A stretch of 64,000 nucleotides of DNA from Lepidodermella squamata (lineage: Eukaryota; Animalia; Gastrotricha): the NCBI GenBank assembly GCA_047495785.1, contig JBLDXI010000024.1:5332001-5396000 (forward strand), written 5' to 3'. Numbering within the stretch: the first letter of the stretch is position 1; each line of letters opens with the position of its first letter. The notes beneath the pieces are model-generated. The model did not search any database. It was not told the DNA's origin and saw only the letters and a program-made list of their open reading frames with translations. Shown here piece by piece: positions 49,743 through 62,313 of this stretch. The translations under genes and the position numbers were made by a program.

Positions 49743-52700
49743 TTATTGGTTTTGGTTGATGCGGACGCATGTCGGACCGCCGGTCCATGAGCCGTCTCTG
49801 TAACAAGAAGATAGAAAAAGAACTCATTTCTACCACAAAAAAAGACAGATGTACTTGTCACACTTCCTCTTCACACTCTGTACCCTCAGTAATTTTTCTT
49901 TATACGGCTTTTTTCCTATATGACTGAGAGATGGATGATAAGGTGTGACTTTTAAGTAATCTCATTGCCAGCCAGGCTAGGATGCTACTACTACCAAGTG
50001 CAGAAAAAAGTGCAACAAACCGATTGCAGATGTTAGTCGAATTTCCATACATCTGATAGCCGGTATTGCACGAATACTGAATGTAATCATTCGGCGAAAA
50101 CCGCTGGCCGACCAGCGAAATCGCCCTAGCAACGATGTAAGCATTTGTTGGCACTGGCGGCGGGTCGCAAGTAGTCAATCCAACAGCGACTCGCACGTTT
50201 CGCTGGCATGCGAACTGAGGCGCTGTCCAAGATCCATCGGCGACGCAAGAAGCTCGATTTGCTGAGCCTGACACTGTGTAACCGTCATTGCAGCCGTATT
50301 GAATAACATCACCCGCGTAATAAGATTTTGTCGGGACGCTGTTCAAGATGTAAGCATTATCCACAACAGGTGGGGGTTTGCATTGCATGCCCATAGCTAT
50401 TAAGAGAAAAATCCCAATATGAATGTCGGATTTCATTCACTAAACTCACGTGAATATTTGCCATTTGATGTACACATTGGTAAATTCGAGGTCCAACTGC
50501 CGTCTATTTGACACTGAAGAATAGTCTGATCCGACGTTGAATAGCCATCCTGGCAAACAAATTGCAGCGATTCTCCTACGCCGTAGCGATTGCCAACAGT
50601 TGACGGGGTGAGCTGAGTCACGTAAGCGTCCACAGGAATCGAAGGGGCAAGGCACGTCGTTCCTTCCGGTTGACGGGCGATCCTAACGCATGTCATATTG
50701 ACCTTGGGCGCAAATTGCCCGTTCGATTGGCATACAGCAACTGGCCGATCGTCTGAAGCGAAGCCATCCATGCAAGTGTATTGGACATAATCACCAACAG
50801 CGTAAAGATTCTCGCCGAGAGATGGAGATGACGAAAACACGTAAGCGTTGTCAGGCGGAGGAGGCGGGGTGCAGGTTACATTTGGTGGTGGTGCCGATGG
50901 CGATGGCTGGCAGGCGAAAGTGGTTGCGGCCCAAGTACCGCCTTTTACACATAGAATGGTTTGCTTATTGCTGTTAGGTATGTAGCCAGACGTGCAGTTG
51001 AAACGAACGTACGATCCGATTATGTATTTGCCATCGTAAGGCCGGGTCTGAGCTGCAATTCTAGCGTTCGACGGAATCGGAGGGGTTGGGCAAGTAACAC
51101 TTAGATCGACTAGAACAGAAAAAAATGAGGCTAGTCTAGTGCACATCAACAGAATTAACCATAACCAGAAAAGCGTGGCCGAGCGCAACGTAAAAAAGTG
51201 AGCGTGCGTGCATTTGAGAAGGTGACAGGGTGACTTACCTAGGGGCGCGCGGTTGCAAGTTGGCAATTGCGTGCCCAGCCAGAGACCATCAGCCTGGCAG
51301 CGAATGATCGGGTCTCCAGCTAACCGGTAGCCAGATATACACGCGAATTTTACGACTTCTCCAGGTAAGTATCTGTCGTAATTATTGGTGCCATCAGGAG
51401 CTGGATTGCGGCCTCCGAGAATATAGCCGTGATCCGGAGGTTGTGGTGTTACGCAATAGTTTCCGCTTGGATCTAAACTCGTGAACGTGTTAATAACAGG
51501 TGTCTCGGCTGCACGAGCCAGAGCTAACCTCTGACGTTGCGAACACACTGTGGCACTTGATTCGGTTGCCAAAACCCATTAGCGAGACAGACCACAGAGG
51601 AATAACGAGTCGATAGCATGTAACCTGTGAAGTGAAAGTCAACGCATATCAATCGATGAAACAGTCAAAGCTCGCTGAAACCTTGAACGCATCCAATGGT
51701 GATAATGTCTCCAACATTGTAATCAGCACCAGCTGAGTTACTGGTTGAACGAGCGATGAAAGCATTGGCTGTTAGCTGCGGAGCTGGGCACGTTGCTGCT
51801 GCAATGCCTGAGGAAAACACATCATCCGAAATGGGTTAAATAACGCACGCCCTGCAACTCTTCGCGTGCGCTCGGCCTCGCTATAAATTAGAAAGAGATC
51901 ACTATAATTACCTGGTTTGCGGAAGGCAGGCATGCATGTTGGAATGAACAAAGACCAAGAGCCATCTGCCAGGCATTGAATCGGCTCAGGATTCGAGATT
52001 ATATAACCCGTCTGGCAAGTGTATTGCAGCAAATCCCCGATCGCATAGCGTGGGTAGACTTGCAACGGCTGACGGTTGACAATGTAGGCATTTGCAGGGG
52101 TCTGAGGCGCCGGACAAAAGTTTGGAGCCGAGGAAACAGGCACAACAGAGGAAAGCTGGCAGTAAGGCCTGCCAGCAGGTGTCCACGATCCGTTGTTAAG
52201 GCAGCGCAGTACCGAGGAACCGATCAACGTAAAATCGGTCGTGCAACCATATTCTACTGTGTCTCCAGCCGCGAACTTACCGTTTCCTTGAACGGACCCT
52301 GCGCGAAGAATGAGACCGTTTTCTGGTGTTTGGATCGAATCGCAAACACCAACCAACACTGCAATGAAAACTTTGAGCTTACTGGAGGGAAACAGGTTGA
52401 ATTTCTACATGGTATAACGGATGGAACCGTGCAGGCGGGGCGGAAAGTCCACGAGCCGTCCGCCTGGCAGTAGATTGTTGGTGTTCCAGTCAATTTGTAA
52501 CCTCGGTTGCAATCATATTGAACGAAGTCGCCAACCGTGAAGAATTGATTGCCTTGCGATGGCGAGTTGTTTACAATGTATGCGTTTGGCGGCGTCTGCG
52601 GTGCACGGCATACATTAACCTTAGAAGCTTTAGGAGGAAATTGAATTTCGATCTAATCTGAATAGCTTTCTATTTACGTGGCTGTGTTGCCAGGGCTCTA

Positions 52701-53225
52701 CCGCTTGGGCAAACTTTAGCCAGGAATGCGTTGCGGGTTGAGCATAATCCAGAATCCAAAGGCTCGCAAACGCCGGGGTGAGTTATTTGCGAGAGGTCGC
52801 GGACAGCTGGCAAGGCGCCAGATGTCCACGTGCAATCTGGGTCGCCGAGTTCGACGCCATTTGTCATGCCATCACCGTCACTGTCCATGCGACACAAACG
52901 AGGAGTCCATGTGTAGTTTGCTTTGTCGAAATCTACCCCAAAAGGGTTGAGGCTCCCGCCACCTTGTGGGTTCTCATGACCAACTTAGAGTTGACACTTT
53001 TAGAATTTTATAGACAATTACTCTTGAAAGAATTACCTCCGGGCCAACTTTGACTGCGGTCACACGGGTGCGGCACCTATATGATTTTAGTACTTGGCAT
53101 GCAGCCAGCAATTCATCAAAGCCACTGACCTGATTGCCGTTCGGTAGACGAGAGATGAATGTGGGATAACTCAGCACGCTTGGCACGAGAAGGCCCAATA
53201 ACGCGGCCAGTATCAGCCTTGACAT
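49743..53225 (-). CDS. Secreted temptin-domain protein fused to 10 CCP/sushi domains
   Basis: Signal MSRLILAALLGLLVPSVLS, then spliced YPTF...PNG...PHPC...GVGH...GGG.LNPFG.DF...LCRMDSDGDGMTNGVELGDPDC.W...HPG. A phase-1 intron 52628-52677 joins CCP1; last exon RDGSWTGGPTCVRINQNQ* with stop 49743-49745. Confidence 0.82.
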
Positions 53226-53649
53226 GCTGATCCGATTATAGAGAATAATAAATCCCAATTGATGGCCTAAACAGAGAAAGATTGGAGAGATTAGCTCAAA
53301 GTAGTCGTAATCCCACGGGCAAGCCAGTGCGTTTTAGCGGCAGCTTTGGCTCAACTCTCAGGGTGGTTAAGCTGGGTGTCTAACTGCAGTTTTCAGTCTA
53401 TGTACCTGGCACCGCGTGCAGTCGAGTCTTTTGTCACGACCTGTGTTGTTACAGTCGCTATTGTTCACTATGCCGGTTTACAAGTATGTCGACGCCACGT
53501 AAGGCAGTACACAGCGTGGAAAAAACCGAGAAGCAACAATAATTAAGACGTCGAATATTCTAGCACGTCTTCACTAATCCTTGATGATAATATCGGAATG
53601 GGTTTTGAAAAAGTGACAGGGATGCGCCAAGCAGACCCAGGAGAATTGG

Positions 53650-53830
53650 TCTTAGCAAGATTCTTCGCTGCAGCTGCGATGATCAGCAATTATCTTTAAT
53701 GATCAAGCAAGATCAGCTAAGTTCCTGCACGATCTTGCAAAATCTTAGAAGATCTTAGCTTAGGTCGCCTTCAATGATCTTGGCTGATCTTGGTTGGTCT
53801 TAACTTATGTTCGCCGTCTAAATTAATATC
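53650..53830. repeat. Left subterminal repeats of the transposon (GATCTT/AAGATC-like motifs)
   Basis: Many GATCTT/AAGATC motifs; TGATCTTGGCTGATCTTGG at 53775-53793 recurs at 60567-60585. Confidence 0.75.
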
Positions 53831-54739
53831 TTGGATGAGTTTCTCAGCTGCTTTTATCTACGTCTTTGTTCTTTATAACTGGGACCTTATTGCTGCAATA
53901 AAACCGTTCGATGAAACAAGCGAATTCATAGCTGACAACTGCGCTTTTATTTGCCACAGGAAATGACGACAAATCGACTATAATATTTTATATCGTAAAT
54001 ACAAAATCACGCAGGAACCGAAGTACAAAAGCATATGAAGCATATTAAAAAACACATATAGAAAAGGACAAGACAGAAGGTATAACAGACAAACAAGCCG
54101 AGAGCTATAAAGCATATTACGCAATAGATATAAAAAGGCAAGATAACAGGCATAACATAATTATAGAAAATTTTCAGGGCAGACAAACACATTTATTGCG
54201 CGAGTAGACAGCACAATAATATAATTTGAAGAGTTGAGAACAAATGATTTTCGAATCAATATTAAAATATTTGGAAGCATATTTAAACTAAAAACCAGAA
54301 AAAACTAAAAAATAATTAGGCAAACACTGCAAACTAGCTCCTAGAATTTTCAGCACCAGCTATAATGGTGAGATGTAAAAACCAAGACAGGATTTGGAAT
54401 CGGATGAAGTTAAAAATACCACGAACTATTGGATTTTGAAAAATTTTGTACCCCCTTTCGTCCACCAAAGCTAGAAACAAACCGAGAACAAATCAATCTA
54501 ATTTGAATCGAAATTACGAAAAAATTACGATTTTAGAACCTATTGAACACCCTAAACACCAGACAGGATCGAATTTGATGAAGCTAAAATTATGATTTGA
54601 GGAAATTCCTAAGCCCCAAAAAAACCCTAGCAATGCTCGAATGTGACGAATAAGCTAAAAACGGTTTTATGAAATTTTGAACCAGATTTAGAACCCTGAA
54701 TTATGCTTTGAGCGCAAATTAACACAAAAAATATATAAC

Positions 54740-56357
54740 TCAGTTGCCGTTGCTGCCGTTGTTTTCCTTGTCTTCTTCTTCTTCGATGTCGCGAATTCGA
54801 GCGCCGAGGTCAGACGTTGACGGCTGACTGCTGCGACGGCCTTTGCGGCCAGCACGCCGGGAGGCCTCGTCGTTGCCCCATTGGTTTACCGCGTCCCGAA
54901 CCTGGGCCCACTTCAAGGCCGCGTTGTCGGCCCCGAATAGACCGTAGAGAGCTTCTAAAAACAGAAAAAGAAACAGTTAATGAGATAAAAAAAATGATTA
55001 GAACGATGGTTGAGCAACGAAAAACTAGATCAATTAAATCACGTACTCTTAAGCAAACGCAACTGGTCACCATGGGTACGCTCGGTGATCGGCTGACGCG
55101 GGCTGCGGGTACTTCTCGGCTCGATTATCGAACTGACGAGGGCATCGGCTCCGAAAATTACTATCGCCGCCTCGATGGCCCACTTCGTGTGGCCGTGCAG
55201 CACGCCGCCAAGCATGGCAAGATCCACATCGCCATAGATGAAGCGCCCGGTGTTGTTGTTCGAATTCGCAGCGCCTTGCTGGGCTCGAAGGAACCGGCGC
55301 AGCTCGACCATCAGTGTCTCGAGCTATAATAACAGAGAAAAAAGTCAAAGAATTTCATCGAAAAAACCACCTTAAAACATTAAATTTTAGAATGAGCAAA
55401 GGGTTTACAGTTGAGAATGAGGATTTTGAATTCAATTATTTTTAAACGTAATGTTTGAAATTATTTGACTAAAAAAGTCAACGAATTCCAACAAAAAAAC
55501 ACCTAAAATTCAATTTTGGAATAAGCAAAGCTCAATAATTTTTAACAAAATTCAGCTACGGAAAAGCAATTATTCAATTTTTGAAAGATTTTTTCGCAGT
55601 CGAAAACCGAAAGAAAATAAGCCGAATAACAAATAAAATGACCTACTCTTGAGTCGCGGCCATCTGATGAAGTCGACCCGCTGTCGGCTGGCGTAGAAGC
55701 AGGGCGCGACGATGGCGTCTCTTCGATAGTGGATGATGATGGCGGGCGTGCAGACGACGACGACGACGGCGTAGTTGACGCGTGTTGAAGCGGCTCGCTC
55801 AATAGCTGGCGAAAAGAGGCAGGTGACGACGTCGGCGTAGCTGAGGCGTGCTGAGACCGCGGACGCGGCGGCTCGCTCGAGAGCTGGCGGACTGGCTGAC
55901 TGGCGGACTGGCGGACTTGCTGAGACGACGTGGCTGCTTTTCGGCCCAGCTGCATGGGCTTCGGAGGCGGCATCCGAACAAGGTCGGCCGGAACCGACTT
56001 CGACGGTGTAGGTGAAGGAGATGGAGACGGCGATGGAGACGGAGAACGAGATGGTCGCAGAGGCACATCGTCGTCCTCAGTGTCGCTGCTGATGACCACG
56101 GAGCGCTTCGCTTTCTTCGACTTGGTCGGCGGCTGTGCGTTCATGCGAAGGATGGCGTCGTGCGCGACTTGAATTTCGGCCTCGGAGCCGATGGCGGCGA
56201 TTTCGGCGTCGTACAAGTTGCCGGCGTCTCGCCAGTTGATGCGAAGACGCCCGCCTACAACCAGTTGCTCAGCTGTAAAGCCTCGCAACATGTTGTCACC
56301 AGACCGCATAATGCTGAGCGTGCGATCTTTGGTCCACAAAATGAGAAAATGTTTCAT
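54740..56357 (-). CDS. Transposon second gene: N-terminal beta-barrel-like region, Ser/Pro-rich linker, C-terminal BEN-like domain, ~400 aa (exons 56357-55647, 55323-55047, 54954-54740)
   Basis: Spliced length 1203 nt is in frame; C-terminus IFGADALVSS...LRLLKKALYGLF...KWAQVRDAVNQWGND resembles BEN helices. Alternative start at 56423. Confidence 0.65.
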
Positions 56358-57277
56358 TATGATCAGCAATGTCAGAGAAATAAATTCGAGCTGAGAGCAA
56401 GAATGATTTAAACTTACCAACATACTCCTTCTTATACGTTAGGCGGGCCAATCAGCGATTTGGCGCGCAAAAATAGATCGCGCGCATAGATATACCTCTA
56501 AGAAAACTGCGCAAACTACGGAAAAGAAACCGCGGACATTGCGAGCCGAACCGTGCGTGAAGTCACAAAGCGTGAACAAGAGAGTCCAACAGCTGTTATT
56601 ATAGGCGGCGCCCCTGCAGAGTGCGCGCGCGCGGGCGCGCGCGAAAAACTACTCAGGTGAATAGCGCGCGCGGTTTAATTAAAAACAAAACATAATAAAA
56701 AGTTATATCTTTATTGCGCCACCAGATAAGAGAAAATCAGATGAATGTTAATCAATTGTATTTTCGAACGTCCTGTTACAATCGGCCGACAACCTGAAAA
56801 AAATGATAAAAATATAATCGAGGCCATTTTCCAAGATATCATGCATTATAACAATATTATAATGCAAAATTAATCATCGTATTTTTTCGACGGTAGACCA
56901 GCGGCTAAAAAAAGCAGAATCCCTTATAGCAGCCATGGGTAAGGCGTTAAGTCGGTTCGAAAACGTAAAATATAAAAGACAGCAAAAACGCAAAGAATTT
57001 TTCGAATTTTTCAAAAATTTCGGGAAATTTCACTTGTTAAGAACAAATTTATTGGAATTGAATATGATTTTTTGCGATTAAAACCGTGAAACATACGAGG
57101 GATTTTTCACAGCTATTTAAGGATTTTTCTCCGCCTCAAAAAATAAAACAAAAACGATGAAATGCGTTAACTTCAGCGCGGGGCTTGTTGAAATTTTAAT
57201 TAGCGCTCGTGGCGAAATTTTTTGGCACATATTTCGACGTGGAAAAAGGAAATTCAGATATTTTTAAACAAACCAGG

Positions 57278-59997
57278 CTAGAAAATTTCGTCGTCCAGCT
57301 CGATGTCAACAGCAATGGAGGAATTCTTCGTGTTAATGATGGCGACCGGGCAGATCACAGCACCGATGTTCAAGCATACGAAAGGAGTTTGAATATTCGA
57401 GTCAACTGAGCTGAATTTTTGAGTTTCAGATCTCATGATGTCATCGCAGCAACAGCTGTACAGCTGCTTCACCAGCTCCGAAGCCCAAGGAGACAATGCA
57501 GCGGCGCGAACGATTGAAAACAAATAGTCTTCAACAATTATTGGGATCTCCCGCACGATAGCCAATAAAGACCCGCCGTTTGCTTCTTGATAGAAGCAAT
57601 GGACGTCGTATATGCGCCGATTGTGAGCTCGGAGGGCGTAGGACCGGGGTAACTTCGGTTTCGCACCACGCGATCGAAGACGGGCGGAAATTACGTTCGA
57701 TTTGAAAGTTATTTTTGAATAGAATTCGCCGCCCGGGTTGTTTTCGAGCAGCTTGCGGATCTCGCGAGGAATTTTAGCTGTCGACAGCTTTGAATTCGAA
57801 GGAAGAGGCTTTTCTTCAAGCAACATTTTCAACCCGGCAAAGCGGGCCATTTGCTCGATTTGATAGCGTGTCCCATGATAGCACTTTTTCAAATGGGCGA
57901 TCATTCCTTCAAATGTGAAAGTGGAAAATTCCGAGAGTCGACCAAATAGCTGCGCGCGATCCGGTAAGTGCATGGCGAGGTGAGGATTTTGGACTTCGCT
58001 GTCTCGGCCGTAAAGACTCCCTAGCTCTCTCTGGTACAGTCGTAAGAGGCGATAGGCAAGATCGGCGTATTCGCCGCGCTCTTCGAAAGTATCAGGCAGT
58101 GCTGGACTCAGCAACAGTCGAATGGCGAGAGTGTAGCTGATGTAATGGAAGTAGACTGCGTCAGAGAGTAGTCGGTACAAAGCGGGCGGACCGAGGATAA
58201 GAACTAGCACCTTCGTATGCTTCGCACGATACGAACTGTCGAAATGACTCAACAGGGGCAGACGCAGAGACTCCATACAAACGGGCAGTTGCATTCTAGC
58301 AATGGAATCTTCGAGTACGGTGCGGCTTTCGAGTCCTAACATAGGGTTTGGAGGAAGCCAGCGGACGATGAAATTTTTGTAAACACCCTGGAATTAAAAT
58401 TATTAAGAAATTAATAAAGAAATAGGCGAAAAAACTAACCTCGATAGATTGATGAACGTAATCAATGCCGACTTGATTTGGAAGAACAACATCCTCATCA
58501 TCGTCGAAACAGCAATCTCCTTTGCATCCATGGCGGCGTAACCGCCGATCTTCCGCAAACGACTCCGCTGTCCTTTGCTCGGCTGGCACAGCAAGATACT
58601 TGCGAACTAGTACCTTTTTCAGCTCAGCCTCGGTAAGTTTCTCGCCTTTTTGATAGCAGAATAAGCAGCCCCAGTGCCCGTTGTGTGCAATGAAATTGAG
58701 AATCGCGGCCAATGCAGGAAGATCGCCAATTATAACATTGATGTTCATCCTAACAGTGACCGTGACCTCTTCTTCGATTCGCAAAACATAGGTAGACCGA
58801 ATCGCCTTCAAGATTGGCTCCAGGTAGAATCGCCATTCAACCTCGTCCTTCGGCTTTCTCACTGCAGACCAAAATCCGAGCAATAGCATGTTACGCTTCT
58901 TGAAGCGGGCCGGCGTAGGAATTGTATTGATTGTGGCAAGAACAGGCCAAACTGCCAGGCGATTCTTACGCGCCAGAGGTGCCCCATCTGTGTTGAGATT
59001 GATTGAGATTGATTGATCTTTTTCGTCGAAAAGATGACGATTTCGACGAATGACCATGCCCAATTGATGGGAGACGTGACAGTAAACAATCCGAATTTTC
59101 TTCGAATTGTTCGCGTGATCTTCGCCCCGATAGCAGCAATCGCCATTTCGACAAATGTCACCATCAGCTGCGCAGCTGCATTCGATGCAGTGAGTTAACA
59201 CTTCCGAATTTAGCAAACGGCCGATTCGACGAGCTTCCTCGGCACAGTCAGGTACGATGATGCCATCACGTCGCAGAATCTTGCGCAAATCGCTCACAAA
59301 TCCAGAATCAACGCCGAAATTTCGACAGTAAGACTGAAAAATTCTGCACCCCGTTGACATGCCAGTCAGCAGTGATAGGTGCTCTGCAAAAAACTCAACC
59401 ATGTCAAAATGGATGGCGTCCAGATCTTCAGCAAAATTAGCCGATCCATTTCCTAAAGTTACGATGTATAAACAACACAAGACATTTACAAAGTAAATAC
59501 CAAGGTCAATGAGATGATCATCGGCATCGAACGAGTTACTGGGAGCCCTTTCAGCATGGTCATAGTCAACACCCCCATCACCATCATTGATTATGCCGTG
59601 GTTATCAATGTCTGGAAGAGATGCAATGTCGCTTGGTTCTATTAATAATACGAGCAGATGAGAAATAAGCGAAATTAAAACAGTGCCACCGACCTTGTTG
59701 GCCAAGGAAAGAATCATGAGCTAGCAGTGGAGGAGAATTTTGACTGGCTTGGAGAGAATCTAAACATAACGTAGTATAATAACACGCTCGTGGGTAGAAG
59801 AAAAGCAAACCTTGTTGGTAATTACTTGAAGATGAGTCTGCTGGACTTGTCGGAGGTAACGAGTTTGCACCATCGCCGCTGGTCGCCGCATGTTCCTGCG
59901 TATTCGAGTTAGGAGCAGCTGGACGGCCGCTACGGTTATAGACAGCGGAGGTAGACGTCGGCTGCGCTGCGCTACCAAGCCTATTAGTTCTAACCAT
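57278..59997 (-). CDS. CMC/EnSpm-family DDE transposase, 837 aa (exons 59997-59811, 59759-59694, 59638-59501, 59452-58440, 58387-57278)
   Basis: LNTDGAP...VWPV, GDLPA, GCLFC, DYVH..EG, NPHLAMHL, STFTFEG motifs; 2514 nt in frame over four 48-55-nt introns. Confidence 0.87.
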
Positions 59998-60459
59998 TTC
60001 ACCTAAAATTGAGAAGTAATGAATGATAACGATGGTTTTAATGGAGCTCTAAGAGCGAGTTTCGACATGATGTATAACGCGAGATATGTATCGCTACGGG
60101 AAAACTAGTGCTACGTGTTACCAGAAGTGAGTATGAGTTGAGAATTAGGGAGGCCACCGCAAACCGCAACGTGGACCGTTGGAATTTCGAATTTCAAAAA
60201 ATTCATTCATACTTGCAATTTATTTATTTATATATAATTATTAAAATAATGTTACTGATAAATATTTTTCAAAATAAATTGAATGCTAAACATTTATATT
60301 TAATTATAACTTGCTGCAGGTTTTTAGGACTTAAACGTTTTTGGGCGTTTTCAGGACGCAATCAAATTTGCGGCGTTAAGAACGTTTTCAAGTGAGCTAC
60401 ATTGTTGAAAAACGTCGGATTGTTTTATAGAACTAAATATCTCGGCTTTCAGGTATTTC

Positions 60460-60600
60460 TTCCAAGTTCGTTTAATATCTTCCAAGATTTACTTAGATTG
60501 GCTTAAAAAGCGTCTACAAGAATCTTTCCAAGACTTACCAAGATCATAAAAGATAATAGTCTTTGTTGATCTTGGCTGATCTTGGCCGATTAAAAAAGCC
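60460..60600. repeat. Right subterminal repeats of the transposon
   Basis: Repeated CCAAG(A) and GATCTTGG motifs next to the TIR. Confidence 0.7.
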
Positions 60601-60942
60601 CTAATTCTCCTGGGGAAGGATGTCGCGAAATGGATGCCAGCAATTCGGTTTATAATATGATGAAATAACAACGTCTATAGCTTGCGTATGCGTGCTCTTA
60701 ACATGGCACTGTAAATCAAGAGCATGACAGCAAGCTGAAAGTTGATCTGCATGCACTGAGCCTAACATCTTTCATGACTTCTGACTTGGCATGCCATAAT
60801 CATGCAGCCAAATTACGTTACGGCTACGTTTCGTGTCAGAAAAATAAGCTTCACTCCCATACTGCTCCTGCGCGTTCACCCCCACATACACACTCACTCA
60901 CATTCGACAAAAAATTTACGCTTTTTTCAAAAACAACAAGAG

Positions 60943-62202
60943 ATGCTGTTAAAACGAGAGGCCTTCGCCCTTGCTATCTTTGCGCTTGCTAGCCTAGCGA
61001 TGGGACAGGACTATGATGATGACTACCCAGACTACCCTGCCCCGAACCCTCCAGCGCAAATTACATCGCGACCAACGACGACCAGCTCAGCGTCTGGTCA
61101 ATGTCCGCCACTTCGCTCTGTTCGAACCCCCTCGAACGGATACGTTGCTAGGTAACTATAAAAATGCACAATTCTTTTTCTGATAATTCGATATTTATGT
61201 ACAGCGTCCCACCTTCTTCTGCTGATGGCACGTTCCCTGCCGGGTCTGTGGTTCAGTTTGCTTGTAATGATGGATATTCGGCTATCGGAGAAGGCCGCTT
61301 TATTTGCATGACGAATGGCTCCTGGTGAGTGTTACCGGATAGTTTTTCAATAATCTAAGAATGCCGGTTCTATCAGGTCCTTGTCTAACATGTTCTGCCG
61401 AATGACTGGACAGCGCGCTCCTTCGGCAAACTGCACAGCTCCCACTCTACCGGCCAATGTTGTAATAGTATCATCAACAATGACTAGGTATCCAGCCGGC
61501 TCTAGTGTTACACTGTCCTGTGGAAGTGGGGCAACTTCGTCGCAGCAAACTGCTGAAGTGTACATTATTTTAAACAATTCCATTTGCTCAAATTAATATA
61601 TGCTATATCGCATCAAGTATTACGTGTCGAACGGACGGTACTTGGCCAACGCCTACGATATCTTGTTCAGCAGCTTCGACAACCTTATCGAGCAGAATTT
61701 CAACAAGGACATCTACTACCCCTGTCATGACAACGACATCGACTACAACAAATCCTAGGGTTGTTACAACTAGCCGCATTTTGACGACGTCAACAACTAG
61801 TCGAATTTTGTCAACAACGAGAACTTCTACACGGACCGTTCCAACTACTCCATCCACCACTCAGAAGGCGGCACAAGATGTTTACCCATGTGTAACGCCC
61901 CCGACGCCTCCTAACGCAATGGTTGGTCTCTTTTTCGCGCTCCAAACATGAGTTGTCTTATTTCCGTACAGGTGATCTCTCAAGTTCCCTCAGACGGGCG
62001 ATTCATGGCCGATGAATGTATCACTTACGACTGCCAGCCTGGATATGACCTTGCCCCGAGATGCAACAATTGCGCTCAATTAACTTGCAAAGACGATGGA
62101 ACTTGGACATCGCCAACTTTCACTTGTGTTTGCAGCACAGCCGTCGCTAGCGGCTTTTTCGGGCCAACTCGTAACTCGGTTAAAAATGCCAGGATACCGT
62201 GA
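60943..62202 (+). CDS. Secreted protein with 3 CCP domains and a Thr-rich mucin-like linker (5 exons)
   Basis: Signal AFALAIFALASLAMG; CCP motifs across short introns; TTSTT-rich stretch 61680-61860. Confidence 0.78.
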
Positions 62203-62313
62203 ACTTCGCCCATTCGAAATCAGTATTTATTTCATAATTTTCATAATTTACAAATCATAAAACGAGGCTTATTTATCTCTACGAGATGACAAGAAAAAAT
62301 GAAGAGGTATCGA

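Larger units (their letters stand above)
53636..60614 (-). mobile_element. CMC/EnSpm-type DNA transposon, full length 6,979 bp
   Basis: TIR CCCAGGAGAATT (53636-53647) and AATTCTCCTGGG (60603-60614); GA duplicated at 53634-35 and 60615-16; subterminal GATCTT-type repeats; transposase inside. Confidence 0.9.

Noticed and set aside
39810-53225. One single temptin + 44-CCP gene
   Set aside because: In-frame TAA with AATAAA at 49743-49745 and a new ATG plus signal peptide at 49136 indicate two genes.
53650-53830. CRISPR-like short repeats
   Set aside because: Eukaryotic context, irregular spacing and position beside the TIR show these are subterminal repeats.
54817-55329. 170-aa plus-strand ORF in the transposon
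   Set aside because: Antisense to exons and an intron of the BEN-like gene, which has coherent splice sites.
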